Shown: piece after piece, positions 1 through 10,115 of the stretch
Position numbering within the stretch: the first letter of the stretch is position 1
Layout: each line of letters starts with the position of its first letter
NCBI GenBank assembly: GCA_963667465.2
Contig: CAXXDN010000001.1
Coordinates: 32,001 to 96,000 of the forward strand
Length of the DNA: 64,000 nucleotides
Direction: 5' to 3'
Source: Dehalococcoidia bacterium
Lineage (GTDB): Bacteria > Chloroflexota > Dehalococcoidia > UBA2979
Notes under the pieces: generated by a model
What the model was told of the DNA's origin: nothing
The model's database searches: none
The model's input: only the letters and a program-made list of their open reading frames with translations
Translations under genes and position numbers: made by a program

Positions 1-626
<626 letters not shown>

Positions 627-627
<1 letters not shown>

Positions 628-2552
628 TGGCCTACTGGGGCAGCGGCCAGGTCGGCGGCTGGAGCGGCAACATGAGCGGCGTCCGCCACGGCCGCGCCGC
701 CGACGGCTGGGACTACGAGGAGCTGGGCCGCGTCTACGACCCCATACTCGTGCGGCGCATCGTGCCGATGCTCCGCCCCTACAAGCTGCAGGCCGCGATC
801 GCCGTCATCTCCATGTTGGTCTTCGCGATCGCCTCCTACGCGCAGCCCTACGTGATGGCAACCGCCACTGCATCGATCGTCGACAAGCTGCGCTCCGGGG
901 AGGCTGCCTCGCTGGCGGCGGTGGACGCGGAGATCGTCGAGTTCGGCCTGCTGCTCATCGGGCTCGCCATCATCTCCTTCATCTCTGCCGCGGTGCAGCG
1001 GCTGATGACGGGCTACGTTGGGCACCGCATCCTGCGCGACATGCGCAGCAACATGTTCGCGCACCTCAATCGCCTCTCGCTCAGCTTCTACGACCGCGAG
1101 GAGGTCGGGCGGATTATGTCGCGCGTCACCTCGGACGTGGTGACGCTGCAGGAGCTGATCACCACAGGCTTCCTCAACATCCTCGCGGACGCGGTGGGGC
1201 TGGCGCTGATCGTCGGCTTCCTGTTCTGGCTGGACCCGCTGCTGGCCGTGGTGGCGCTGTCCGTGATCCCGCTGCTGCTCGCCTTCATGGCCTGGTGGCA
1301 GACGCCCGCCGCGCGCGCCTTCATCCGCGTGCGACAGGCGATCTCGATCGTCAACGGGGCGATCAACGAGAACGTCTCCGGGGTCCGCATCGTGCAGTCC
1401 CTCAACCGCGAGGAAGAGAACCTCAAGCGCTTCGAGCTGCTCAACCGCCGTCACCGCGACGCCAACATGCAGGCCGTCCGGCTGCAGGCGAGCGTCATCC
1501 CCACCGTCGAGGTGCTCGCCACGATGGCCACCGGCATGGTGCTGATCGTGATCGGCATCCGCGTCTTCAACGGCAGCCTCGGCGCCGGCGAGGCGCTCGG
1601 CTTCACCGTTGGCTTCCTGCTCTACATCCAGCGCTTCTTCAACCCCGTCCGCGACATCGTCCTGCAGTACACGATGCTCCAGCGCGCCATGGCCGGCGCG
1701 CACCGCATCTTCGAGGTCCTCGACACCGAGCCGGAGATCGTCGATCCGCCGGACGCCGTCTCACTCCCCGATGTCGAGGGCCGCATCGACTTCAACAAGG
1801 TGGACTTCAGCTACGTCGAGGGCGTCCCGGTGCTGCGCGGCTTCGACCTGCAGATCGCGGCCGGCGAGACCGTCGCCTTCGTCGGCCACACCGGGGCGGG
1901 CAAGACGACGGTGACCGCCCTCGTCAACCGCTCCTACGACATCCAGGACGGCGAGATCCTGGTCGACGGGCACGACCTGCGGTCGATCGAGCGCGCCTCG
2001 CTGACGCGGCGCATGAGCGTCGTGCTGCAGGAGCCCTACCTCTTCTCCGGCACGATCGCCGACAACATCCGCTACGGCCGCCTCGACGCGACCGACGCGG
2101 AGATCGAGGAGGCCGCACGCGCGGTCGGCGCCAGCGAGTTCATCGAGCGACTGCCGGAGCGCTACGAGACGGAGCTGCACGAGCGCGGGCTCAACCTCTC
2201 GGTCGGGCAGCGTCAGCTGATCGCTTTCGCGCGCGCCGTCGTCGCCGAGCCGCGCATCCTGATCCTCGACGAGGCGACGGCAAACATCGACACGCACTCG
2301 GAGCGGCTGATTCAGCAGGCGCTGCGCACGATCCTGCGCGACCGCACCTCGCTGGTGATCGCCCACCGGCTCTCGACGATCCGCAGCGCCGACCGGATCG
2401 TGGTGATGCGCGACGGCGAGATCGTCGAGATCGGCCCGCACGAGGAACTGATGGTCCTCGACGGCGTGTACGCGGACCTCTACCGCATGACCTACCAGCA
2501 CTCCGAGGATGACGGCGCAGCGGTTGGGGAGGCGGCCGGGACCGAGGCCTAG
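627..2552 (+). CDS. ABC exporter permease/ATP-binding subunit (probable heterodimer partner of upstream gene)
   Basis: N-terminal TM domain, GHTGAGKT Walker A, LSVGQRQ, ILDEAT, IAHRL; start overlaps upstream stop (TAATG). Confidence 0.93.
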
Positions 2553-2615
2553 CGCGCTTCACCGTCTCCCTTACTATTGTCATACATACCGGTCGCACCG
2601 CGTGCATATGGCGTC

Positions 2616-2621
2616 TACAAT
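2616..2621 (+). promoter_or_regulatory. putative -10 box (TACAAT) upstream of ispH copy 1
   Basis: Near-consensus hexamer about 46 nt upstream of the ATG; a similar TACGAT lies upstream of copy 2. Confidence 0.4.
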
Positions 2622-2667
2622 GCCGTCGCGCCCGGATGGGACGAGGGGTTCGCGGGGACGCTCACGC

Positions 2668-3585
2668 ATGCCTCACACGCTGCTGCTCGCCGAGCCTCGA
2701 GGCTTTTGTGCGGGCGTGGTTCGCGCGATCGATGTCCTTGACGCGGTGCTCGACCGCGAGCCGCCGCCCGTCTACGTCTTCCACGAGATCGTGCACAACC
2801 GCCACGTCGTGGACGGCTTCCGCGCTCGCGGCGCCATCTTCGTCGACGAGCTCGCCGAGGTGCCCGCTGGCTCGCGCATCGTGTTCAGCGCGCACGGTGT
2901 CTCGCCCGCCGTCGTCGAGGAGGCAGAGCGCCGTCGCCTGCGCGTGATCGACACCACCTGCCCCCTGGTGACCAAGGTGCACCTCGAAACGAAGAACGCA
3001 GTCAAGCTCGGCTACGACGTACTCCTCGTCGGCCACCGCGGCCACGACGAGACCGTCGGCACCCACGGCGAGGCGCCCGATCGCACGCGGATCGTGGAAA
3101 TCGCCGGCGAGGTCGCCGCCATCGAGGTCGAGCGGCCCGTCTTCGTCGTCACGCAGACCACGTTGTCCGTCAACGACACGGCGGACGTCATCGGCGAGAT
3201 CCGCGACCGCTACCCCGACGCCGAGGTGCGCAGCGACATCTGCTACGCGACCACCAACCGCCAGTTCGCGGTGCGCAAGGTCGCCGAGCGCGCCGACCTC
3301 CTGCTCGTCGTCGGCTCGCGGAACTCGAGCAACTCCGTGCGTCTGCGCGAGGTCGCCGAGGACGCCGGCGTGACCGCCTACCGCGTCGACGGCCTCGACG
3401 AGATCGACCCCGCCTGGTACGAGGGCGTCGACGTCGTCGGTCTGACCTCAGGGGCCTCCGTGCCCGACGAACTGCTCGAACCGATCATCGAGGACCTCAA
3501 GGCCCGCGGTGTGACGCGCGTCGAGCCCGTCGTCGTCGCCGAGGAGAACGTCGAGTTCCGCCTGCCGCAAGGGCTGGAAGCGTAG
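2668..3585 (+). CDS. ispH: 4-hydroxy-3-methylbut-2-enyl diphosphate reductase, copy 1
   Basis: PRGFCAGV, EIVHN, SAHG, TCPLV, QTT, DICYAT, SSNS motifs. Confidence 0.96.
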   Translation: MPHTLLLAEPRGFCAGVVRAIDVLDAVLDREPPPVYVFHEIVHNRHVVDGFRARGAIFVDELAEVPAGSRIVFSAHGVSPAVVEEAERRRLRVIDTTCPLVTKVHLETKNAVKLGYDVLLVGHRGHDETVGTHGEAPDRTRIVEIAGEVAAIEVERPVFVVTQTTLSVNDTADVIGEIRDRYPDAEVRSDICYATTNRQFAVRKVAERADLLLVVGSRNSSNSVRLREVAEDAGVTAYRVDGLDEIDPAWYEGVDVVGLTSGASVPDELLEPIIEDLKARGVTRVEPVVVAEENVEFRLPQGLEA

Positions 3586-3601
3586 CGGCAGCCTCCGGAG
3601 T

Positions 3602-3640
3602 CCCTCTCACCCTAACCCTCTCCCGCCGGGGGAGAGGGGA
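3602..3640. repeat. REP-like palindromic element (ccctcacc-n-ccctctccc-loop-gggagaggg family)
   Basis: ctcaccctaaccctctcccgccgggggagagggg hairpin; related copies at about 5296, 5361, 5483, 45084 and 49712. Confidence 0.75.
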
Positions 3641-4098
3641 TCGGAAAGGGTCGCGCGAGCCGGGTCTCCACCTGCTACAGCACCAGCTGCTACAGCACCA
3701 GCTGCTACAGCACCAGGCGCTGATCCGGCGCTGGAGTTGGGTCCGACGATGGCATGCACGCCCTCATCCTCAATGAGGCGGCGAGCCTCCTCGGCAGGGT
3801 TGAGGGTGTCGCCTTCCGCGATTTCCACCTGTTGCCCGAACACGCCGCCGGCCTCGTTGACGTGCTTGATGGCCAGTTTGAAGGAGCGCAGGCGGTCGAG
3901 GGCCGTCTCCGTTTGCGCCTCGCTGTTCACCAGCAGCGCGCCGATCTTGAGGGGCGCCCGCTCTTCGTCGCCGCAGGCTGCGAGGGTCCCGGCGCCGATG
4001 GCCAGGGCGGCGATCACGACCAGCAGCACGCCCCGCAGCGCGCCGCCGGGGCTGCGCCAGCCGTCCAGCATGTCCTGCCACGCTTCCAGGTTCATCAT
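3607..4098 (-). pseudogene. truncated branched-chain amino acid ABC substrate-binding lipoprotein
   Basis: Lipobox LAAC, LKIGALL, AIKHVNEAGGVFGQQVE, VHAIVGPNSS; homology stops after about 125 aa and the frame runs into a tandem repeat and a REP element. Confidence 0.75.
3672..3716. repeat. 15-bp tandem repeat x3 (ctgctacagcaccag)
   Basis: Three exact copies read directly. Confidence 0.9.
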
Positions 4099-4520
4099 GA
4101 CCCTCGCTCGTTCATGACCACCGCCGCTCGCCGACAGGCCGCAAGGCTCAGCCTCAGGCCCGGGGCCAGCAACCGCTGTATCAGCTGCACATGCTGCATC
4201 GACAGGCCGGCCATGGGCACGCCCTCGTGGCCGGTCGGTGTACCGTACCGGATCTCCCGGTGCGGGTCAGGGAAGGACGTGCTCGTACAGGGATAACAGC
4301 GCCTGCACCATGTAGCCTGGGTAGGCGGGGTGACCGATGGTCGCGGCGATCTCCCCGTCGACAAGGTTCCTCTGAAGCCAGCCGCCGGAGTTGGTGACGC
4401 CTCCTCATGTCGGGATACCGGTGTCCTCCATACTCGGCTGAGTGCGGTAGGTCGGCGATCGTGAACCGGACCATAACCGCTGTCTTCGCAGGCGGCGGCG
4501 TGCATCGAGCCGAGGAGGCG

Positions 4521-4790
4521 TCAGGCGCGCCTCAGCAGCCGGCCATATTCGTCGTGTGGCCCAATCCAGAACCAGACGATGTCACCATCCTCAAGGATGC
4601 CCAAGGCGCGATAGTTCCTGCTCACACGCACCGAATACACCGGGCGCCGCTGCCCCACGCGCTTGAATTTGAGGCCCGGATGTTGCGGATCCAGCAGGAA
4701 GAACCGGTACGCGCCACGCGCCTGCTGCTTCACGGCGTCCGGGAGCCGGCGATAGGCGCTCCAGAAGCTCGGCAGCGTGTAGGAACGCAC
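4521..4790 (-). CDS. RelE/ParE-like toxin
   Basis: 89 aa; FWSAYRRLP...DPQHPGLKFKRV...YSVRVSRNYRALG...WFWIGPHDEY pattern. Confidence 0.8.
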   Translation of the reverse strand: MRSYTLPSFWSAYRRLPDAVKQQARGAYRFFLLDPQHPGLKFKRVGQRRPVYSVRVSRNYRALGILEDGDIVWFWIGPHDEYGRLLRRA

Positions 4791-4792
4791 GC

Positions 4793-5017
4793 TTAGAGGC
4801 GGCTCAGATCCAGAGGCTCCGTTTGCCCCGCCCGGTGAGCCTTGATCGCCTCGTCCGCCATCTGCTCCAGCATGTACTGCGACTCTGGGTGGTCTAGCAA
4901 GTCATCCCATTGCCGCTCTGCATCCAGCTCGGCAAGCAGGAACCGGGCGAACGCATTCTGCTCGTCTCGCGGCAGCGCCGCTGCCCTGTCGAACGCCTGT
5001 TGGAGAAGGTCGGTCAT
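4793..5017 (-). CDS. cognate antitoxin
   Basis: 74-aa acidic protein (MTDLLQQAF...W...LEQMADEA...GQTEPLD) directly upstream of the toxin. Confidence 0.75.
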   Translation of the reverse strand: MTDLLQQAFDRAAALPRDEQNAFARFLLAELDAERQWDDLLDHPESQYMLEQMADEAIKAHRAGQTEPLDLSRL

Positions 5018-5129
5018 GGGTACGATTCCGGGACTGCAGATTCTCAAGCCAGGTCGGCGCTCCGGGGGCGGCGTGGCGCCTCTCTGGGGGCTCTTCTCAC
5101 GCAGCTTACCACTTCACACGCCTCGAGCC

Positions 5130-5280
5130 GTGCTCCCTCGCCGTCGAGGGCGAGTTGCCCGAGGACGGGCTCGCCGCCTTCGGGGACGACGGCGACGACC
5201 TGCTGCTGGCGCTCGCGAACGGCAGCGCACGCTGTTCTCGTGGGCGGAGTTCATGACCGGGGAGCAGGACGAGCGGCCGC
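5130..5280 (+). pseudogene. C-terminal remnant of a large helicase-type gene of mobile origin
   Basis: Reads SLAVEGELPEDGLAAFGDDGDDLLLALA, then in a shifted frame QRTLFSWAEFM; no start codon; family recalled from memory. Confidence 0.4.
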
Positions 5281-5535
5281 GGCGCTGCGCGCCGACCCCT
5301 CACCCTCCGCCCTCTCCCGCAAGGGGCGAGGGGACCGGAGGCGTCCTCGGTCCTGTCCGGCCCCCTCTCCCGGGGGAGAGGGTTGGGGTGAGGGGGCGCG
5401 CCGGACCGGCGCCGATCTCGAAAGAGAGGTGCGCCGCCGCAGGCTCTTGGCCGGCGGGGGCGGGAGCGGCGCTGCGCGCCGACCCCTCACCCTCCGCGCT
5501 CTCTCGCAAGGAGAGAGGGGACCGGAGGCGTCCTC
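5281..5535. repeat. REP-like cluster: two ~68-bp direct repeats (5281-5348, 5468-5535) with an inverted copy between them (5361-5396)
   Basis: ggcgctgcgcgccgacccctcaccctccgc...gcaagg...gaggggaccggaggcgtcctc present twice. Confidence 0.85.
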
Positions 5536-5570
5536 TACTGGGGGAATGGGTGGTGCGGGTGGGAGGTCGG

Positions 5571-5610
5571 GCGGGGAGGGTGCGCCCCTGGTGAGGCGCA
5601 CCCTCCCCGC
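5571..5610 (-). terminator. 16-bp stem hairpin downstream of the large secreted protein gene
   Basis: gcggggagggtgcgcc-cctggtga-ggcgcaccctccccgc perfect inverted repeat 15 nt from the stop; no clear U-tract. Confidence 0.55.
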
Positions 5611-5625
5611 CTTCGTCCCGACGCC

Positions 5626-8600
5626 CTAGTCGCAGTTGACGAGGACGTACTCGCCCTTGCGGTCGTCGTTCTTGTTGGTCGTGCCGTCGTAGTAGTCGAG
5701 GTGTTCCGGCACGCCGGAGTGCTGACCAACAAGGATGCGGGCCCAGACCCTGATGTCTGTGGCGCCGCCGTCGCAGTCTTGATCGATGATCCTGGAGCCG
5801 AACCGGTCCAGGTCATTGGTGGCTTCGGCGTCAAACACGACTGCCCAGTTGTTCCATGCGCTGGACACGCTATCGGTGTCCAGTTGGATGGTCACGTCGG
5901 TCCATACCTTCTTGGCGAGGTAGACCCGCAGCCTGCCGTTCTCCTGTTGCGGGTGCAGGCTGAAGACGACGGCATCATCCTCGACGACCTTGAGGATCGG
6001 GTTCGCCCTGGTCGTGTTGGTCGAATGCTTCACCCGGAACTGGTAGTAGCGCTCGGGCTGGCCCACGAAGTTGTCGTCGTGGGACACGAACGTCAAATCA
6101 AAAAATTCCTGGCTATTGCCCCTATTCGCCCACCTGCCGGGGCCTCCGAAACAGTTGTACCCGCCGGGATCGAAGCATCCGACGAAACCGCCCGTGTAGA
6201 GGCGCCACTCGGACTCTTCCCTGATTGCCAGCGAGCGGTGGCCGACCTCTTGATCCAGATTCTTCCACGACGACCATTGGGTGCCGTCGTCATTCGTCGC
6301 CGTGCGCACCTCGAGCGCGACCCGTGGAGTGCCGCCCCGAGTGCCGGCGACGACTTTCAGTTCGAACTTGTCGCCTTCGGTGATCGTGGTGACGTTGCCA
6401 AGTGACGTGTTGGCAGTCTTCTGACCGCCCGCAGCCTCCACCCAGTAATTGTCGACGCTTCTGGTGTCGCTCGCCACCCAGCCGTTCGGATTGCCGGGGG
6501 AAGGGCCGGTGTCGGACATCGTGATCGTACTGACTTCGGTGGTGTGCACATCCGGGAGGTCCCAGCCGGCCCCGTCCGTCTCGTGCCAGACCAGCTTGAC
6601 CGTGCCTTGGCTCCCGTTGGAGCCGTCTGACTGCCAGTTCCACGAGACCTCGCAGGTGGCCGTCCGGTCATCCTGGTTCGCGCCCGCGTTTGCCTCCTTG
6701 TTGAAGGCGCAGACGCTGGGCTGCCAGTAGACAGCATGCCCGTGCTCCAGATGCATCCGCGCCGCCGAGGCTCTGCCGCCCTTTCGGATGTCCTCCATCC
6801 GCGGGGCGAGGTAGCCGGTCAGGTGCTCACCCGACAGGGTGATCGTCGCGGTGCCGCTGGTGCCTTCGGTGATGGTGAAGTCGCCGTTGGAGGTGGAGTG
6901 GCTGGTACCGTCGCCAGTGCTCATGGTGGTAGTGATGGTGGCGATGCTGTCCCGGAAGTGAATCAGCAGGATGTCGTAGGTGCCGACCACGGAGGTGCCG
7001 CTGGCGCCCATGTCGTGGTAGACCAGTTTGGCGCCGTTGAGGGTCGTGCCGGGCATGCTGTCGGCGGCGGGCAGGTTGTATGTGACACGGGCTTCACGGT
7101 AGTTCCTGTTGCTGTTCGTCAGGAAGCCGTTGGAGCAATTGGCGTCAGTCCAGCCTTGGGCGCTGGCATGCGGGCTGGTGGTGTTGCCGACGGTGCGCGC
7201 TATCCCCCCGGTGGGGATGGTGGCGCCGCCGGTCTGGGGCTCGATGGTGAGGTAGCCGCGCATCCGGCACGTGCTGCCGACATCATTCCTGTTGACCCAG
7301 ACGCGCACACTTATCGTGTTCGATGTGCCTTCCTCCAGCCTGATCTCAGGCTTGAAGTTATCGGCCGGACCACCCGGGCTGCTCGGATGGGGGCCGATGC
7401 TGCCGTTGTAGGCGAGCGCTGTTTGGGCAGCGACGCAGAACGTGCCATCAGACGACAGGCGCGAGCCCGGGTTGCAGGCGGCTTCGACGCTGGATGAGGC
7501 GCTGATGCTGTTCGTGCCGTCGCTGGCCTCGACGGTCATCGTGGCCGTCCCTGTGCCGGTGTTCTCGATCGAAATGAGCTCATCCCACTGGCTAATCGTG
7601 GCGATGGGGTTGTCGAGCGTCACCGTAAAGGTCAGCTCGGCGCCCGTCTCGTGGCCGAAGTAGTCGGTCAGCGTGAGCTGCGTCGGCTCGATGTTTGTGG
7701 ACATGTTGATGGACGTGGGCAACGGGTTGTCCAGCGTCGGCAGCGGCGCTGGCGGCGGACCGTTGTGGAAGATCCAATCCAGCGCCGGCGCGATCTCGTC
7801 CCAGATGTCGGTCGAGCGGGGTGCGGCCAGGCTGCGCGCTTTCGAGGCGGACAGCGGCTGAATCGACTGCTTCGCGACATCCTGCCCGAGCGCGAGCAGG
7901 ACAGAGTCGTAGAGGTCGGTGTGCGATGAGAACTGGCCATAAAGCTCGTGGTTGCGATACGCCTCCACCTTGGCGATCAGGTCCTGGTAGGGCGCCCAGA
8001 ACTCGGTGTAGGTCACGGGGGTTCCGGAGCCCGGCGCATCGTCGTCCGAGACGACCACGGTGGCCGCGCCCTGCGTCGCCGAGACGGTGAAGCGCGGGTT
8101 ATCGCGCGGGTCCGCCTGCAGCGTCAGTGTCAGCGAGCCATCGGGCTCGTCGCGGTCGTCACCCAGCGTGGGCACGGTGATCGTGGTGCTGCCGGACAGG
8201 CCAATCGAATCCACGTACTGGCCGTCGCTGGAGGTGAAGCGGCCGTCCTGCGTCACCACCGCGACGAAGGTGAGGGCGTTGGTGCCGGTCGGCGCGGGAG
8301 TGGCGGTCACGGTGAAGGTGGCAGCGCCGCCCTCGGTGATCGTGGGGCCGCCCACAACACTGAACTCAGGCAGGGAGTTCGTATTGGATGGAGTCGGTGG
8401 GGTCTGGGTGTCTGTGGTATCGGTGTCGGTATCGGTGTCGGTATCCGTGTCGGTGTCCTGCTGCTGCGAGTCGCCGTCGGTGGAGCCTTCGCACTGCTCC
8501 AGGGCTTCCAGGGTGCGCGCGGTGCGATCCCAGCGGGAGTTGTTGATCTGGTTCTTGATGCCCTGCGCCTGCGCCGCGGTCATGGCCGTTTCGCCGCTGC

Positions 8601-9870
8601 CGGTGTCCTCGCCCAAGGCCTCGAGCACCCGGTTCCAGCGCGATTGATGCGTGGCGGCGCTGTGCTCGTCGCGCCAGCCCGTGACCTCGCTCACGGTGAC
8701 GGCGTCGGCTGGCAGGGTGCAATCAGTGGACGTCTCCTGCGCTTCTGGTCCGGGATCAGGCGTCGGGGTCGGCGTTGGCGTTGGTGTTGGCGTCGGGGTC
8801 GGCAGCGGATAATCGTCGTCGGAGACGGCAGCCGTGGCCGCGCCCGCGCTCGACGACACGGTGTAGCCCGTGCCGCTCGCGAGCGTCGCCGTGACCGAGC
8901 CGTCGGGCTCGTCGGTTGCGTCGCCGCTCGTGCTGATCGTAAAGGACCTGGAGCCACTCGTGGGAATGGTGACGCTCTGTGAGCCGGTCGTGACGCCAAA
9001 GGCTCCCGTTGCGGACACCGTGACGCTCACGGTCAGCGCGGAGTGCGGCGTCGGGCTGGCGGTGATCGTGAAGCTGGCGTTGGCGCCTTCGATGACATCG
9101 CCGCCGGAGGCGATGCTCAGTTCGGGCACATCATCGTCCGCGACGGCAACCGTGGCCGCGCCCGAACTTGACGACACGGTGTAGCCCGTACCCGCGCCCA
9201 GCGTCGCCGTGACCGAGCCGTCGGGCTCGTCGGCGCTGTCGTTGGTCGTGGAGACGGTGAGCGTGTAACTGCCGGAGGCCGGGATCGTCACTGTCTGCGA
9301 ACCGGCCTGGGCGAAGTCGCCGCTCTGGGAGACGGTGACACTCACAGCGAGGTCGGAGGCGGGTGCGGGGCTGGCGGTGACGGTGAAGCTGGCGGCGGCG
9401 CCCTCGGTGACGCCCGAGCCTGCGGCGATGCTGATCTCAGGAGTGGGAGCAGGCGTGGGAGTCGGCGTGGGCGTCGGCGTTGGCGTCGGTGTGGGAGTCG
9501 GGGCGGCCTCGGCCGCCGCTTCGATGCACTCCAGCGCCTGCCGGATGGGCTTCCACCCTGACCAGCGCGCTTCCCGCGTGCGGGCCTCGGCGGCGGAGAA
9601 CGGCGTCAACTGCGAGTCCTCGACATCGCCGAAGGCGATCAGCACGCGCTTCCAGTTCAAGCCGGTGCGGCCCTGGGCCGTGTTGATGTCGTAGTAGAAG
9701 CGAACTCGCTCGAGCAGGGCGTCGCTCACGCAGCTCGACGCGTCCTGGGCGTTGGCGGTGGTCGTGGATGAAGCGCTGAACAGCAGCGTCGCCGCCATGA
9801 TCGCGAGCAGCGCGAGGCCAAACAGCGGCGCCCGCCAGCGGCGCGCTCTCATCGGGCGTCGCGCCCACAA
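5626..9870 (-). CDS. large secreted/surface repeat protein with Calx-beta/Ig-like domains (putative adhesin); true start probably 9904 across a poly-C tract
   Basis: Signal peptide ending ANA-Q, three EG...F-T-v-T-A-s-P...DEPDGS-v-T...ATV.V.DDD modules, three W-x-R-V-L-x-A-x-G-type helical modules, (PT)n and (TD)n linkers. Confidence 0.85.
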   Translation of the reverse strand: MWARRPMRARRWRAPLFGLALLAIMAATLLFSASSTTTANAQDASSCVSDALLERVRFYYDINTAQGRTGLNWKRVLIAFGDVEDSQLTPFSAAEARTREARWSGWKPIRQALECIEAAAEAAPTPTPTPTPTPTPTPTPAPTPEISIAAGSGVTEGAAASFTVTASPAPASDLAVSVTVSQSGDFAQAGSQTVTIPASGSYTLTVSTTNDSADEPDGSVTATLGAGTGYTVSSSSGAATVAVADDDVPELSIASGGDVIEGANASFTITASPTPHSALTVSVTVSATGAFGVTTGSQSVTIPTSGSRSFTISTSGDATDEPDGSVTATLASGTGYTVSSSAGAATAAVSDDDYPLPTPTPTPTPTPTPTPDPGPEAQETSTDCTLPADAVTVSEVTGWRDEHSAATHQSRWNRVLEALGEDTGSGETAMTAAQAQGIKNQINNSRWDRTARTLEALEQCEGSTDGDSQQQDTDTDTDTDTDTDTTDTQTPPTPSNTNSLPEFSVVGGPTITEGGAATFTVTATPAPTGTNALTFVAVVTQDGRFTSSDGQYVDSIGLSGSTTITVPTLGDDRDEPDGSLTLTLQADPRDNPRFTVSATQGAATVVVSDDDAPGSGTPVTYTEFWAPYQDLIAKVEAYRNHELYGQFSSHTDLYDSVLLALGQDVAKQSIQPLSASKARSLAAPRSTDIWDEIAPALDWIFHNGPPPAPLPTLDNPLPTSINMSTNIEPTQLTLTDYFGHETGAELTFTVTLDNPIATISQWDELISIENTGTGTATMTVEASDGTNSISASSSVEAACNPGSRLSSDGTFCVAAQTALAYNGSIGPHPSSPGGPADNFKPEIRLEEGTSNTISVRVWVNRNDVGSTCRMRGYLTIEPQTGGATIPTGGIARTVGNTTSPHASAQGWTDANCSNGFLTNSNRNYREARVTYNLPAADSMPGTTLNGAKLVYHDMGASGTSVVGTYDILLIHFRDSIATITTTMSTGDGTSHSTSNGDFTITEGTSGTATITLSGEHLTGYLAPRMEDIRKGGRASAARMHLEHGHAVYWQPSVCAFNKEANAGANQDDRTATCEVSWNWQSDGSNGSQGTVKLVWHETDGAGWDLPDVHTTEVSTITMSDTGPSPGNPNGWVASDTRSVDNYWVEAAGGQKTANTSLGNVTTITEGDKFELKVVAGTRGGTPRVALEVRTATNDDGTQWSSWKNLDQEVGHRSLAIREESEWRLYTGGFVGCFDPGGYNCFGGPGRWANRGNSQEFFDLTFVSHDDNFVGQPERYYQFRVKHSTNTTRANPILKVVEDDAVVFSLHPQQENGRLRVYLAKKVWTDVTIQLDTDSVSSAWNNWAVVFDAEATNDLDRFGSRIIDQDCDGGATDIRVWARILVGQHSGVPEHLDYYDGTTNKNDDRKGEYVLVNCD

Positions 9871-9878
9871 CGAACGTC

Positions 9879-9891
9879 GGGGGGGGGGGGG
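9879..9891 (-). repeat. G13/C13 homopolymer between the RBS-linked ATG (9904) and the large ORF
   Basis: 13 consecutive G on the + strand; GGAGG at 9915-9911 precedes ATG at 9904. Confidence 0.9.
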
Positions 9892-10115
9892 TCGCGTTGG
9901 TCATGCTTCGCCTCCAGTGGCAGGCCACTTACCCCGCGACCTGAGCCTGAGAAAGATCGTAACACGCAGATGCCTCTCGCCACATCCCACGCGCCCCCTC
10001 TCTCCGCCGATCGGCGGAGCCGCCGCCCTCGCGCAGCGGGGGTTGGCTGCGGGGCCCGTGCTACGATGACAGCGCGACCGGGTTTCAGTTGCGACCGGTC
10101 CCGGGTAGGGCCCGC

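Noticed and set aside
4100-4520. Short ORFs between the truncated binding protein and the toxin
   Set aside because: Slightly atypical composition suggests a decayed gene, but no frame gives a recognisable family
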